Assembly: GCA_017463405.1 (NCBI GenBank)
Contig: JAFTPJ010000150.1
Coordinates: 1-50,763 of the forward strand
Length of the DNA: 50,763 nt
Reading direction: 5' to 3'
Source of the DNA: Clostridia bacterium
GTDB taxonomy: Bacteria; Bacillota; Clostridia; Oscillospirales; CAG-272
The notes under the pieces are model-generated. The model worked only from the letters and a program-made list of their open reading frames with translations, was not told where the DNA came from and ran no database searches. Numbering within the stretch: position 1 is the first letter of the stretch; each line of letters opens with the position of its first letter. Below, piece after piece: positions 26,001 to 36,085 of this stretch. A program made the position numbers and the translations under genes.

Positions 26001-26822
26001 TCAGATCAAGGATTCCAGCAATTTCTTTGCGGAAAGAATATCCTTTTTCTGCTGATCGCCCGAGATTTCACGCTCGATGGTGATGGTACGGTCGTAGCCC
26101 AACTCCTTGAGACGTGCTACCAAAGCGGGGAAGTTGACCTTGCCCTCGCCCATCGGTGTTTCCATGCCGAGATCGTGACCGTTGGTGGGGTAATTGCCGT
26201 CCTTGCCGTGAACGTCGCGGACGTACTGCCCGATGGTATCCAGCGCGTCGATGGGGTTTGCCTTGCCGTAAAGAATGAGGTTTGCGGGATCAAGATTGAT
26301 GCCGAGGTTGTCCAGCCCGATATCCTCGATCACGCGGCGCAGGGTGACGGGAGTTTCCTGTCCCGTTTCAAACAGAAAATACTGCCCGTTGGCTTTGCAA
26401 TGCTCGGCAACCTCTCGCAACGCGCAGATCACGCCGCGATAGTTCTCCGCGCAAGGATTCTCCGGCAAAAAGCCTGCGTGTGTTGCGAGCTGATCCACTC
26501 CCAGCGTTTTCGCAAAATCCGAGCCTGCCTTCAATTCCAGAATGCGCTGAAAGCGCGCGTATTCGGGAACGATGCCGAGCGTTGCGGGACCGTCGTAGAA
26601 GTTCCACACGCCCTTTCCCGTCCAGCCTGCCCAGAAGGTGGATACAGACACGCCGTAAGCCGCCATCGCCGCCTTGATTTTTTCGGCGTAGGCATCCGTA
26701 TAGCATGTGGGATCCCAGCAGGAGATCTGGCAGGACGCAAAGCCCATGTCACGTACCTCTTTGATTTTTTGTGCAATGTCGGATTGCTGATTCAGATTTA
26801 CAAGAACGCCAAGCTTTATCAT
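26001..26822 (-). CDS. sugar phosphate isomerase/epimerase (xylose-isomerase-like TIM barrel)
   Basis: FETGQETP, INLDPANL, VHGKDG, G.G.V.F, ITIERE. Confidence 0.85.
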   Translation of the reverse strand: MIKLGVLVNLNQQSDIAQKIKEVRDMGFASCQISCWDPTCYTDAYAEKIKAAMAAYGVSVSTFWAGWTGKGVWNFYDGPATLGIVPEYARFQRILELKAGSDFAKTLGVDQLATHAGFLPENPCAENYRGVICALREVAEHCKANGQYFLFETGQETPVTLRRVIEDIGLDNLGINLDPANLILYGKANPIDALDTIGQYVRDVHGKDGNYPTNGHDLGMETPMGEGKVNFPALVARLKELGYDRTITIEREISGDQQKKDILSAKKLLESLI

Positions 26823-26837
26823 AATGAATACTCCTTT

Positions 26838-27866
26838 TTAATTTTCTTTTGGAACGTATGCGATTTTTTCACCGCCGCATGCGGCGCTTTGCTTCATATG
26901 CTCGATGATGTGTACGGTATCCCGCGCGCTTTCGGGGGGATTGATGGTATTGGGGGCATCGGACAGAAGGACGTTGACAAAATAGTCGATTTCCGCGCGC
27001 ACGTAGTCGTCCTGCGGAAGTGCGGCAACGTACGCATCGCCTCCGTCGGGGTAAACGGTAACGGCGCCGTCGTGCAGAATCAGATTGGCATGCTCGAATC
27101 TCGCCTTATATCCCGCCGAAAAGCCGGTATTTGGCATATCGTGCCAGGAGCCATCAGCGGTGACGGTAATATTGTCGAAAAACAGGCGTGTGTTTTGCGT
27201 CTGCCAATAGGGCGGACAGTTACATTCCAGCGTACTGACCGCCAAGGGCTTTCCGAACAGAAAATGCGCGATGTCGACGTCATGAATGTGTGTGTCCAGA
27301 ATACAGCCCCCGCTTTTTTCCGCCATATGGAGCCAGTTTCCGTTGCTCCAATGCGGACTTTCGCTGGCGCGATGCATGTGAAGATCGAGAATGTTACCGA
27401 AGGGCTTCTCGTCAATGCATTTCTTCAAATACAGATACGGCACGCTGAAGCGCAGGCATTGACCGATCAGAAGCTGACAACCGCTCTCGTGCGACGCGCG
27501 GACCATTTCCTCGCAATCGGCAAAGCAGAGCGCCATCGGCTTTTCGCACAGCACGTGCTTACCCGCCCGCAAAAGCTTAACCGAAAAGTCCTTGTGCAGG
27601 TGTGTCGGAAGGCAGATGTCCGCCATGTCAAACGCCTCGCGGACAAGCATATCGTCTACGCTTGTATAGGTGTGAATATCGTCGGTAAGTATCACCGTTT
27701 GAGATGAGTTATTGATTGTGATCTGCCTGGAAAACTGCTCGATGTTGGCGTCGCAGACAGCGACCAATCGAATGGGAGCACCCTCTCGTATCAGCTTTGT
27801 ATAAGCGGCAAAATGCGAGCGGGCAATTCCGCCGAAGCCGATGAGTGCGATTTTAAGATGCTTCAT
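26838..27866 (-). CDS. Gfo/Idh/MocA-family oxidoreductase
   Basis: IGFGGIA..H, DICLPT.LH, GKHVLCEKPMA, DTHIHDVD. Confidence 0.88.
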   Translation of the reverse strand: MKHLKIALIGFGGIARSHFAAYTKLIREGAPIRLVAVCDANIEQFSRQITINNSSQTVILTDDIHTYTSVDDMLVREAFDMADICLPTHLHKDFSVKLLRAGKHVLCEKPMALCFADCEEMVRASHESGCQLLIGQCLRFSVPYLYLKKCIDEKPFGNILDLHMHRASESPHWSNGNWLHMAEKSGGCILDTHIHDVDIAHFLFGKPLAVSTLECNCPPYWQTQNTRLFFDNITVTADGSWHDMPNTGFSAGYKARFEHANLILHDGAVTVYPDGGDAYVAALPQDDYVRAEIDYFVNVLLSDAPNTINPPESARDTVHIIEHMKQSAACGGEKIAYVPKEN

Positions 27867-27881
27867 TTCGTCCACCTCTCC

Positions 27882-28742
27882 TTATTGGAACGTTTCATTC
27901 AACAATTGCATTCCGATCGCGGTTCCGAGCGCATAATCCGCCTCGTGATTGTTTTCAAAGGCGAACGCGCCACCGTAGCCGACGCGCTTGAGCTCGGCAA
28001 AACAGGCATCCAGATCGATGCAGCCCTGTCCGATGATCGTCTCCTTCGTCCATTTTCCCGCACGCGTGGGACTCCAACCCTTGCCAATGCCGCGCACGTC
28101 GGTCAGCACGTAATCCTTGACGTGCACGTGCTTCATCTCATGCGCGTACACGCGGAAAAATTCTGCAGGGGATTCGTCCACGAACACTGTGTTTCCGACG
28201 TCACCGCACACGCCGACAAAGGGACATTCCGCCTTGACGGCATTGTAGAATTTACCAAAGCCCGCGACGCCGTTGAAATAGGGGCCTTGATCCTCATAGA
28301 TGCAGGTGACGCCCAGCGAATGCGCATATTTTGCCACGCGGATGGCGGCGGGGACGATGTATTTCAGCGCCTTTTCCGCTGTCAAAAGGTGCTCGACGTT
28401 CATCGTCAGCGTGTGGTGCAGATAAGGACAGCCCAGTGCCGCCGCGCGCTCTGCGTATTGCATCAGCTTTTTTTCAGCCGCCGTGACGGTATCGACCGTC
28501 ATTCCGTCCTCGTAAAGTCCGACGGCGATCGAATAGCAGGCAACCGACAGTCCGCGCAAGTCCAGCACCGCGCGCATCCGTTTTGCTTCCTCTATGCTTG
28601 TGACGCGCTCCTGCCAGCCGTTGCCGATGAATTCAAAAAACTCGACAGATGAAAATCCGAATGCACGTGCCGCGTCGGCTACATTTTCAATTCCCTCATT
28701 CAGCAGAACGTTTGAAAATTTTGCATACATTGTAAAGTTCAT
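27882..28742 (-). CDS. sugar phosphate isomerase/epimerase (TIM barrel)
   Basis: GFSSVEF, YEDQG, CGDVGN, HVHVKD, IGQG.ID, GYGG.FAFE. Confidence 0.82.
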   Translation of the reverse strand: MNFTMYAKFSNVLLNEGIENVADAARAFGFSSVEFFEFIGNGWQERVTSIEEAKRMRAVLDLRGLSVACYSIAVGLYEDGMTVDTVTAAEKKLMQYAERAAALGCPYLHHTLTMNVEHLLTAEKALKYIVPAAIRVAKYAHSLGVTCIYEDQGPYFNGVAGFGKFYNAVKAECPFVGVCGDVGNTVFVDESPAEFFRVYAHEMKHVHVKDYVLTDVRGIGKGWSPTRAGKWTKETIIGQGCIDLDACFAELKRVGYGGAFAFENNHEADYALGTAIGMQLLNETFQ

Positions 28743-28772
28743 AAATAATCCTCCGGATCATTGAATGAAAAC

Positions 28773-28801
28773 AGTATACCATATTTGTGCAAAAAACGCA
28801 A
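28773..28801 (-). promoter_or_regulatory. sigma-A promoter of the epimerase-araB operon
   Basis: Minus strand TTGCGT, 17-bp spacer, TG.TATACT. Confidence 0.55.
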
Positions 28802-28972
28802 GTGAAGCAAATGCATAAAAAGAGTAAAAAAATCCACAGTAAATTTTTGAATTGTATTTGAAGGCACTGTTCAGTGTTGCCTATATTATAACATATCCGA
28901 GCATCGAATAGGGCATTTTTTCAAAATTTAAAAAAATCTACCAAAAGTCGATAAAAAATTGGAGCTCCAGTA

Positions 28973-29031
28973 TTGCTTTTTGTCTGCCGATATGGTAAAA
29001 TAAAACCGCAATATATCGTTATTCGATATAT
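28973..29031 (+). promoter_or_regulatory. sigma-A promoter and palindromic operator candidate
   Basis: TTGCTT-17-TG.TAAAAT (28973-29001); ATATATCG-N5-CGATATAT (29011-29031). Confidence 0.5.
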
Positions 29032-29063
29032 AGATAAAAGAGGAAAACTATAATGGAGGGCGT

Positions 29064-32000
29064 ATGAATACCAATCCGTCTGTTGAAAAATTAAACGCCG
29101 CGTTTGCGGGGGATCTGACCGACTATCGCTCCATTCCGTTCTGGAGCTGGAACAATACCTTGGACGAGGGAGAGCTTGTCCGCCAAATCGAGGACATGAA
29201 GGAGGCGGGCATGGGCGGCTTTATCATGCACGCCCGCATCGGTCTGAAGGATGAATATTTGGGGGAAAAGTGGTTCTCCTGCATCGACGCGTGCCTCAAA
29301 AAGGCGCGTGAGCTCGGTATGAACGCGTGGGTCTACGACGAAAACGGCTGGCCCAGCGGCTTTGTCGGCGGCAAGCTTTTGGAGAAAAAGGAATTTTTAG
29401 CACAGTATCTGACGTACGAGATAAAATCCGCATTCGATCCCGAGGCGTTTGCATGCTACGAAAAGGCGGGGAATACGTACGTGCGTCTGCACGGTGCCAA
29501 GGACGGTGTTGGGGAGTATCATTGCGTCTACCGTCACTACAGCCCCGCGAATACCGACATCCTCAATCCCGACGTGGTCAGCGCGTTCATTGAGGAGACG
29601 CACGAAAAATATTACCGGAGATTTCCCGAAAGCTTCGGACGTGAGCTGGTCGGCTTTTTCACCGACGAGCCGCAGTACTACCGTTGGGCAACGCCGTTCA
29701 GCCCGTATGCCGCCAAAGCGTATGAGGAGGAGTTCGGCGGCGATATTCTGGATTCTCTGATCCATCTGTTCCACCGAAAGGCTTGCGGAAACACCTTCCG
29801 CGTGCGCTACTATACGGTGATGAACCGCCTTTACGTGGAGAATTTTTACAAGCGTCTGTACGATTGGTGCGAGGCGCACAATTGCAAGCTGACGGGACAC
29901 AGTCTCGAGGAGGCGGGAGTCCGCGCGCAGATGGCGGGCGGCGCGGGGGTCATGCCGACCTATGAGTACGAGCATATTCCCGGCATCGACTGTCTCGGAA
30001 AAGGCTGTGACCGTACGCTGATGCCGATTCAAGTCGGAAGCGTGGCAAATCAACTCGGCATCCACCAGGTGCTCACCGAGACCTTTGCCTGCTGTGGGCA
30101 TGATACTACCCCCATGGAGCTCAAAAATATAGGTGAGTTCCAGTATTTCCACGGCGTCAATCTGATGTGCCAGCATCTGTTTCCGTATTCTCTTGCGGCA
30201 CAGGGCAAGAGCGATTATCCGCCCGTGTTCTCGCGCCGGAACAACTGGTGGGAGCAGTTCAAAATTTTTAACGAGTATTTTACGAGACTCGGCTACATCA
30301 TTGCCAACACCGAGGAGGTGGTCGATCTTCTTCTCATCCATCCGTTGCGCTCGATGTACGCGGATTATACCTACGGGCAGGGCTGGGAGGACATGGAAAA
30401 GAAGTTCAACGAGCTGATCTGTCACACCTTCCGCAACAACGGCATTCGCTTCCACCTGGCAGACGAGCGCATTCTTGCGCGTCACGGAAGCACCGACGGA
30501 AAAGGTCTGACCGTCGGAAAATGCCACTATACCACCGTTGTCGTGCCCAATATGCACAACATTTCCGCATCTACGCTGAAGCTGTTGGAGCAATACACGG
30601 GAAAGCTTCTGATTCTTGGGAATCTGACGCTGGTGGACGGCGTGGAGACCGACGTGAAGCTGACCTCCAACATCACGATGGACGATCTGATCGCCGACGC
30701 AGAGATTGATTTCCGTTGCGAGGCGGGAATGCTCGATCTGACTTCCCGCCGCGGTGAGCTCGGCGATTACATCTTTATCAACAACCTCTCGCAAACCGAG
30801 AGCGGACGCTTTACGGCGAAGAATATCGCGGCGAATTACCGTGCGCTGGATCTGGAGACGATGAAGCTGCGCTTTATCAACGATACGATGACGGTGGGAG
30901 CGCGAGAGAGCCTGATTCTCGTGCGCGACGATTGCGAGAAGAAGCCTGCGATCATCTATTACGAGGAGCCGATCGCGCCCCGCTTCCACGTGGAGTCGAT
31001 CAGCGAGAACTATCTGGTACGCGATTACGGATGCATTAGCTACGACGGTGTCACTTTTGGCGAATATCTGCCGCTGCAACGCATTTTCGAGGATCTTTTG
31101 CGCGCGGATTACAAGGGCAGACTTTGGGTGAAGCAGACCTTCACGGTCAAGGACAAAATGCCGCTGACTTTGATGATGGAGAAGGGGGATTACCCCTCGG
31201 TCACGCTCAACGGAAAGGCTTTGTCGCTTGTTCATAGTACGTTCGATATTCAGTACGTCGAGGCGGACATTACCGATGCGGTGACGGTCGGGGAGAACGT
31301 GTTTGTCTACGAGGTCAATTACCGACAGCACGACGGCGTCAGCTTCGCGCTCTTTGATCCGAATGCAACCGAGAGTCTGCGCAACTGCCTCTATTACGAT
31401 ACCCATATTGAAAATATCTTTATCCAGGGCGATTTTGTCCTCAACGATGCACATGAAATTTGCACAAGAACGACGCTTCCCAACGTATTCCAACCGCTTT
31501 GCGAACAAGGCTATCCCTTCTTCAAGGGCACGCTGACCATCAAGGGCTTTTACAGCTACGACGGACACGGCGCACGCGCAATCGATCTGCGCGGTCATTT
31601 CCTGACGGCGGAGGTCACGGTAAACGGTAAGCGTACCGATTTGGTGCTGGATAGCAAAAAGGATATCACCGAGCTTTTGGTGATCGGTAAAAATGAGGTT
31701 GAGATCGTTCTGCGCTCCAGCCTGCGAAACCTGTACGGTCCGTTCCATCGAGAGACGGATCAGGATTGGGTGAACCCCGTCAGCTTCACCTTCCGCGGGA
31801 AGTGGAACGGTGGCATGGCGGCAGGGTATACCCACGAATACAGATGCGTGCCGTTCGGTCTTGACGACATGGTAATGCTTTGCGAGGATCATCTCATCCG
31901 TGTACCGAACAAGTACAATCTGGTTTATGCCGAGACACAGCCGAAGGCAATGTGCGACCGTGTCGCCGCGTATAAGGAAAAGCTGAAGGATCATCCGAAG

Positions 32001-33209
32001 CTGGCACAGCTGTACGAAAACGGCTATCTCTACTCGATCCGCACGGTCATGGATAAGTGCGAGGACGGTACATTCTACGGCTTTGGCGGTGACATTCACG
32101 GCATGTGGCTGCGTGATTCCTCGACACAGGTCACGCATTACGTTCCGCTTGCAAAGGACGAGGAGGTCGCGTCGATCATTGAGGGCGTTCTGCGCCGTCA
32201 GATGATGTACATCAAGATAGACCCGTACGCAAACTCCTTCAACCGTGCCGCAAACGGTAACGGTCATATCGACGACATGCCGTTGCAGAACGAGTGGGTG
32301 TTCGAGCGCAAGTACGAGATCGACTCACTCTGCTATCCGATGCGTCTTTTGTATCTGTATTGGAAGAAATCGGGCAGAGAGGCGCTCATCAAGGAAAAGC
32401 TGGAGGAGACCGCGCGCATCATCGTGGATCTGTGGCGCGTGGAGCAGTACCACATGGAGAAATCTCCTTACCGCTTCATCCGTCAGCATCCGCCCGTACC
32501 GTGGGATACCATCCCGAACAACGGCATGGGCAACCCCGTGGCATATACGGGCATGACGTGGTGCGCGTTCCGTCCGAGTGACGACGGCTGTACCTATGGC
32601 TACCTAACCGCCTCCGAGATGTTCGCGGTCGTGGTGCTGGGGTACATGGCGGAGATGCTGGAGACTGTGTGCGGCAACAAGGCACTTGCAAAGGAGTGTC
32701 TTGACCTGCGCGCGGAGATCGATGAGGGCATCAAGAAATACTGTATCATCGAGCATGAGACGTACGGCAAGATCTACGCCTGCGAGACAGACGGCATGGG
32801 ACATTACTCTATGATCGATGACGCGAACGTTCCGAGCCTCATCTCCATTCCGTACATCGGCTACGCGCCTGCGGACGACGAGATCTATCAGAACACGCGC
32901 CGCTTCCTGCTCAGCAAGGAGAACCCGTTCTACTTTGTCGGAAAATACGCAAAGGGCATCGGCTCGCGTCATACGCCCGACAATTACGTCTGGCCGCTGT
33001 CGCTGGTGATGCAGGGACTCACGAGCATCGATCCCGAGGAGAAGCTGGAGCTGCTCCACATGATCGCGGGCACCGATGCGGGAACGGGATATCTGCACGA
33101 GGGCGTTGACGTGGACCATCCCGAAAACTACACGCGCGACTGGTTCCCGTGGCCCAATTCGCTTTATGCGGAGTTTATTGAAAAGTGCGTCGAAGAGGGC
33201 ATCATTTAA
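29064..33209 (+). CDS. two-module glycosidase: GH106-like N-terminal part fused to a GH125 C-terminal part
   Basis: N-part: PFWSWN, GGFIMHAR.GL, YDE.GWPSG..GG, FFTDEP, PGIDCL. C-part: GDI..MWLRDS, ERKYEIDSLC, FRPSDD, DDANVPSL, GIGS.HTP, YTRDWF. Confidence 0.82.
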   Translation: MNTNPSVEKLNAAFAGDLTDYRSIPFWSWNNTLDEGELVRQIEDMKEAGMGGFIMHARIGLKDEYLGEKWFSCIDACLKKARELGMNAWVYDENGWPSGFVGGKLLEKKEFLAQYLTYEIKSAFDPEAFACYEKAGNTYVRLHGAKDGVGEYHCVYRHYSPANTDILNPDVVSAFIEETHEKYYRRFPESFGRELVGFFTDEPQYYRWATPFSPYAAKAYEEEFGGDILDSLIHLFHRKACGNTFRVRYYTVMNRLYVENFYKRLYDWCEAHNCKLTGHSLEEAGVRAQMAGGAGVMPTYEYEHIPGIDCLGKGCDRTLMPIQVGSVANQLGIHQVLTETFACCGHDTTPMELKNIGEFQYFHGVNLMCQHLFPYSLAAQGKSDYPPVFSRRNNWWEQFKIFNEYFTRLGYIIANTEEVVDLLLIHPLRSMYADYTYGQGWEDMEKKFNELICHTFRNNGIRFHLADERILARHGSTDGKGLTVGKCHYTTVVVPNMHNISASTLKLLEQYTGKLLILGNLTLVDGVETDVKLTSNITMDDLIADAEIDFRCEAGMLDLTSRRGELGDYIFINNLSQTESGRFTAKNIAANYRALDLETMKLRFINDTMTVGARESLILVRDDCEKKPAIIYYEEPIAPRFHVESISENYLVRDYGCISYDGVTFGEYLPLQRIFEDLLRADYKGRLWVKQTFTVKDKMPLTLMMEKGDYPSVTLNGKALSLVHSTFDIQYVEADITDAVTVGENVFVYEVNYRQHDGVSFALFDPNATESLRNCLYYDTHIENIFIQGDFVLNDAHEICTRTTLPNVFQPLCEQGYPFFKGTLTIKGFYSYDGHGARAIDLRGHFLTAEVTVNGKRTDLVLDSKKDITELLVIGKNEVEIVLRSSLRNLYGPFHRETDQDWVNPVSFTFRGKWNGGMAAGYTHEYRCVPFGLDDMVMLCEDHLIRVPNKYNLVYAETQPKAMCDRVAAYKEKLKDHPKLAQLYENGYLYSIRTVMDKCEDGTFYGFGGDIHGMWLRDSSTQVTHYVPLAKDEEVASIIEGVLRRQMMYIKIDPYANSFNRAANGNGHIDDMPLQNEWVFERKYEIDSLCYPMRLLYLYWKKSGREALIKEKLEETARIIVDLWRVEQYHMEKSPYRFIRQHPPVPWDTIPNNGMGNPVAYTGMTWCAFRPSDDGCTYGYLTASEMFAVVVLGYMAEMLETVCGNKALAKECLDLRAEIDEGIKKYCIIEHETYGKIYACETDGMGHYSMIDDANVPSLISIPYIGYAPADDEIYQNTRRFLLSKENPFYFVGKYAKGIGSRHTPDNYVWPLSLVMQGLTSIDPEEKLELLHMIAGTDAGTGYLHEGVDVDHPENYTRDWFPWPNSLYAEFIEKCVEEGII

Positions 33210-33302
33210 AAACAGCTCCGACGGATGCAGACTGTTATCTTTTATACAAAAGAAAACCGAAAACGTATGGATTTTCAATCAAGGTGATGTTATAATATAC
33301 GC

Positions 33303-34427
33303 ATGAAAACGATTCGTATGATGATTAAGCCCGCATCGTCTCTTTGCGATATGCGGTGCAAATATTGCTTTTACGCGGACGTTGCCGATGCACGCGCAGT
33401 GCGTTCCTTTGGAATGATGTCCGACACAACGACGGACGCGATGCTGAAAAGCATCGCGTCCGAGCTGAACGTGGGCGATGCTGTGAGCTTTGCCTTTCAG
33501 GGCGGTGAGCCTACGCTCGCGGGTCTGGCGTTCTTTCGGCGTTTCGTCGAGAAAACAGAGACGTGGAAGGACGTCCGCGTGTCGTACGCCCTGCAAACCA
33601 ACGGTCTTCTGCTGGACGACGTATGGTGCGCGTTTTTGAAGGAGCACCGTTTTTTGGTAGGGCTTTCGCTGGATCTTTTGCCCGAGGCACACGACGGGGC
33701 AAGAGTGGACGCGCGCGGAGAAGGCACGTATCGGCGTGTTGTCGGGACGATGGAACAACTCCGTCGGTACGGCGTGGATTTCAACGTCCTTTGCACCTTG
33801 ACAAGCGACGTTGCCCGCCATCCGAAGCAGGTGTGGAATCAACTGGTGAAGCTGGAAATCGACTACGTGCAGTTCACACCGTGCCTCGGTGCGCTTGACG
33901 GGCAGTCGTCCTCTCCTTACGCGCTGACTCCACAGCGCTTTGCGTCGTTTTATACACAATTGTTCGGACTTTGGTATGCCGATTATCAAAAGGGGAAGCG
34001 CCGCAGTGTCAAGCTGTTTGACGATATCGTCAATCAGTTGGTGCTGGGAAGACCGACCGGCTGTGGAATGGACGGTGTTTGCCGCCCGCAGCTTGTGATC
34101 GAGGCGGACGGCAGTGCGTATCCTTGCGATTTTTACTGCTTGGATGAATATCGGATGGGGAATATCACCTCGGATTCGATCGAGACGCTGTTGCACTCCG
34201 ATGGGGCGAAAGCCTTTTTGTCTCGACCGCACACTGCGCCGCGTGCCTGTGCCTCTTGCCGCTTTGCGCGGTTTTGCGGCGGCAACTGCCGACGGATGCA
34301 AAGGGAGATTTGTGCGTCCGTCACCGACGAATCGTGCGGCTACAGCGCTTTTTTGGAGCAGTGCGGCAAGCCGCTTGCGCGGCTTGCGGAGCAGGTGAAA
34401 AGCACATACCTGCGCAATCAAAGATAA
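33303..34427 (+). CDS. anaerobic sulfatase-maturating enzyme (radical SAM/SPASM)
   Basis: IKPASS.CDMRCKYCFY, FQGGEPTL, LQTNG, YPCDFY and SPASM cysteines; next to a sulfatase. Confidence 0.9.
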   Translation: MKTIRMMIKPASSLCDMRCKYCFYADVADARAVRSFGMMSDTTTDAMLKSIASELNVGDAVSFAFQGGEPTLAGLAFFRRFVEKTETWKDVRVSYALQTNGLLLDDVWCAFLKEHRFLVGLSLDLLPEAHDGARVDARGEGTYRRVVGTMEQLRRYGVDFNVLCTLTSDVARHPKQVWNQLVKLEIDYVQFTPCLGALDGQSSSPYALTPQRFASFYTQLFGLWYADYQKGKRRSVKLFDDIVNQLVLGRPTGCGMDGVCRPQLVIEADGSAYPCDFYCLDEYRMGNITSDSIETLLHSDGAKAFLSRPHTAPRACASCRFARFCGGNCRRMQREICASVTDESCGYSAFLEQCGKPLARLAEQVKSTYLRNQR

Positions 34428-34452
34428 TTCATAACATTCAGGAGGTTTTATT

Positions 34453-36039
34453 ATGGGAACGAACCCAAACAGACGCAACGTGCTCATGATCATGTGCGAT
34501 CAGCTACGTCCGGACTTTTTGGGAGCATACGGCTCGGATTTTATTCCTACTCCCAACATCGACGCTCTTGCGAGGGACGGTGTTGTATTTGACAACGCAA
34601 TTACGGCATCCACCGTTTGCGCACCCGCGCGGATGTCCTTTCTGACGGGACAGTTTGTGTCGGGACACGACGCATGGACCAACGGTATTCCTCTCAAGGA
34701 GGGCGTCGAATGCTTGCCGGAGCGCTTGAACGATGACGGATACATGACGGCGGCGGTTGGCTGCTATGAGCACTGGCCTGCCGAGAATCCGATGGGGTAT
34801 CAGTATCGCAAGCTGTTTTTGGGCGGCGAAGGTCCGTGCGATTATTCGGAATTTTTGCATGAAAAGCATCCGGAGGTAAAGGGCTGCTACCCGAATGATG
34901 GGGATCACCATTTTGCATATCCGGAGGAAGAGTTTTACGATCGCTGGAGTGCGGATTGCGCAATTGAATTTATTGAGAGCTATTCCAAAACGGGTAAGGC
35001 ACCCAACGGAGCGGCTCCAAAGGATGCGGATTCGCCCTTCTTCCTGTATTGCGGTTTCCTCTCGCCGCACGCGCCGCTGATTCCGCCGCGCGAGGTTTCG
35101 GGAACAGTGGATATTGATAAGCTGCCTCCCGTTTTGATGTTTGACCGTCCCGATGAGGACGTTCCGTCGGTGGAGCGCTACCGCCGCGCCTTTTTGAGTA
35201 CGCATGAGGAGCTGGTCGATCCGAGCACCACGCAAGAGCTTCGCCTTTACGAGCGTCTTTTGTACGGCGAGCTGATCGTGGAGGTCGATCAGCTGGTCGG
35301 ACGCGTCGTGCAGTCGCTGAAGGACAACGGCTTGTATGAGAATACCACCATCATTTTCACCTCCGATCACGGAAGCGTGGATCACGATTACGGCGTTGTT
35401 TCCAAGGGACCGTGGCCCTATCGCCCGCAGCTCTTTATCCCGATGATCATTGCCAACGATCCCCGTGCGGAGAAGGGAACGCGCTGTGACGCGCTTTGCG
35501 GAAATCTAGATATTGGCGCAACGGTGCTGGATATTGCCGATGATCACAAGGCATTTGGCGTAGCACGCTCGATGCTCGGACTTGCGGACGGAACGGTTGC
35601 GGAGCGCGAGGTCAACATGAGCGAGTTCTGCGACAGCTGTAAGACGCTGGTGGACAAGCGATATACCTTTACGTATTATCCGTTTACCGGAAGAACCTGT
35701 CTGTTCGATCGCGTCAACGATCCCGAGGAGCGGATCAATCTCGGCGGCAAGCCCGAGTACCTGGAGCTGGAGCGCAAATTCATGATGCATGTTGTGGATT
35801 TCATGGTGCTTGCCAAGGGCGTCCGCCTGGAGGCGCACGATCTTGTGCCCGACGTTACCGCAGGAATTGAGGAGAAGCATCCCAAGTTTTTGGACACCTT
35901 TGATATCGCGCATCCGCTGGCGTCGCGCGAGGAGGTCAAACGCTTGCGCTTGGCTGGACTGGACTACAATTACAATGAATTTTGTAAAACGCGCGAGATC
36001 AAATACGCGTACAGCTTGTATTTTGATGATGAGAAATAA
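34453..36039 (+). CDS. formylglycine-type sulfatase-family hydrolase
   Basis: NVLMIMCDQ, TPNID.LA..G, CAPAR...LTG (CxPxR), PHAP, FTSDHG. Confidence 0.88.
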   Translation: MGTNPNRRNVLMIMCDQLRPDFLGAYGSDFIPTPNIDALARDGVVFDNAITASTVCAPARMSFLTGQFVSGHDAWTNGIPLKEGVECLPERLNDDGYMTAAVGCYEHWPAENPMGYQYRKLFLGGEGPCDYSEFLHEKHPEVKGCYPNDGDHHFAYPEEEFYDRWSADCAIEFIESYSKTGKAPNGAAPKDADSPFFLYCGFLSPHAPLIPPREVSGTVDIDKLPPVLMFDRPDEDVPSVERYRRAFLSTHEELVDPSTTQELRLYERLLYGELIVEVDQLVGRVVQSLKDNGLYENTTIIFTSDHGSVDHDYGVVSKGPWPYRPQLFIPMIIANDPRAEKGTRCDALCGNLDIGATVLDIADDHKAFGVARSMLGLADGTVAEREVNMSEFCDSCKTLVDKRYTFTYYPFTGRTCLFDRVNDPEERINLGGKPEYLELERKFMMHVVDFMVLAKGVRLEAHDLVPDVTAGIEEKHPKFLDTFDIAHPLASREEVKRLRLAGLDYNYNEFCKTREIKYAYSLYFDDEK

Positions 36040-36045
36040 ATGAAG

Positions 36046-36080
36046 AATCCCCTTGCCCCGCATTGGCGGCAAGGGGGTTA
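36046..36080. terminator. bidirectional terminator
   Basis: CCCCTTGCC/GGCAAGGGG hairpin between convergent genes. Confidence 0.65.
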
Positions 36081-36085
36081 TGTCT

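Noticed and set aside
29397-32267. 956-aa antisense ORF, and similar long shadow ORFs at 406-1785, 17619-18938 and 26175-27707
   Set aside because: They mirror real genes on the opposite strand, as expected from GC3-biased codon usage, and show no recognisable motifs
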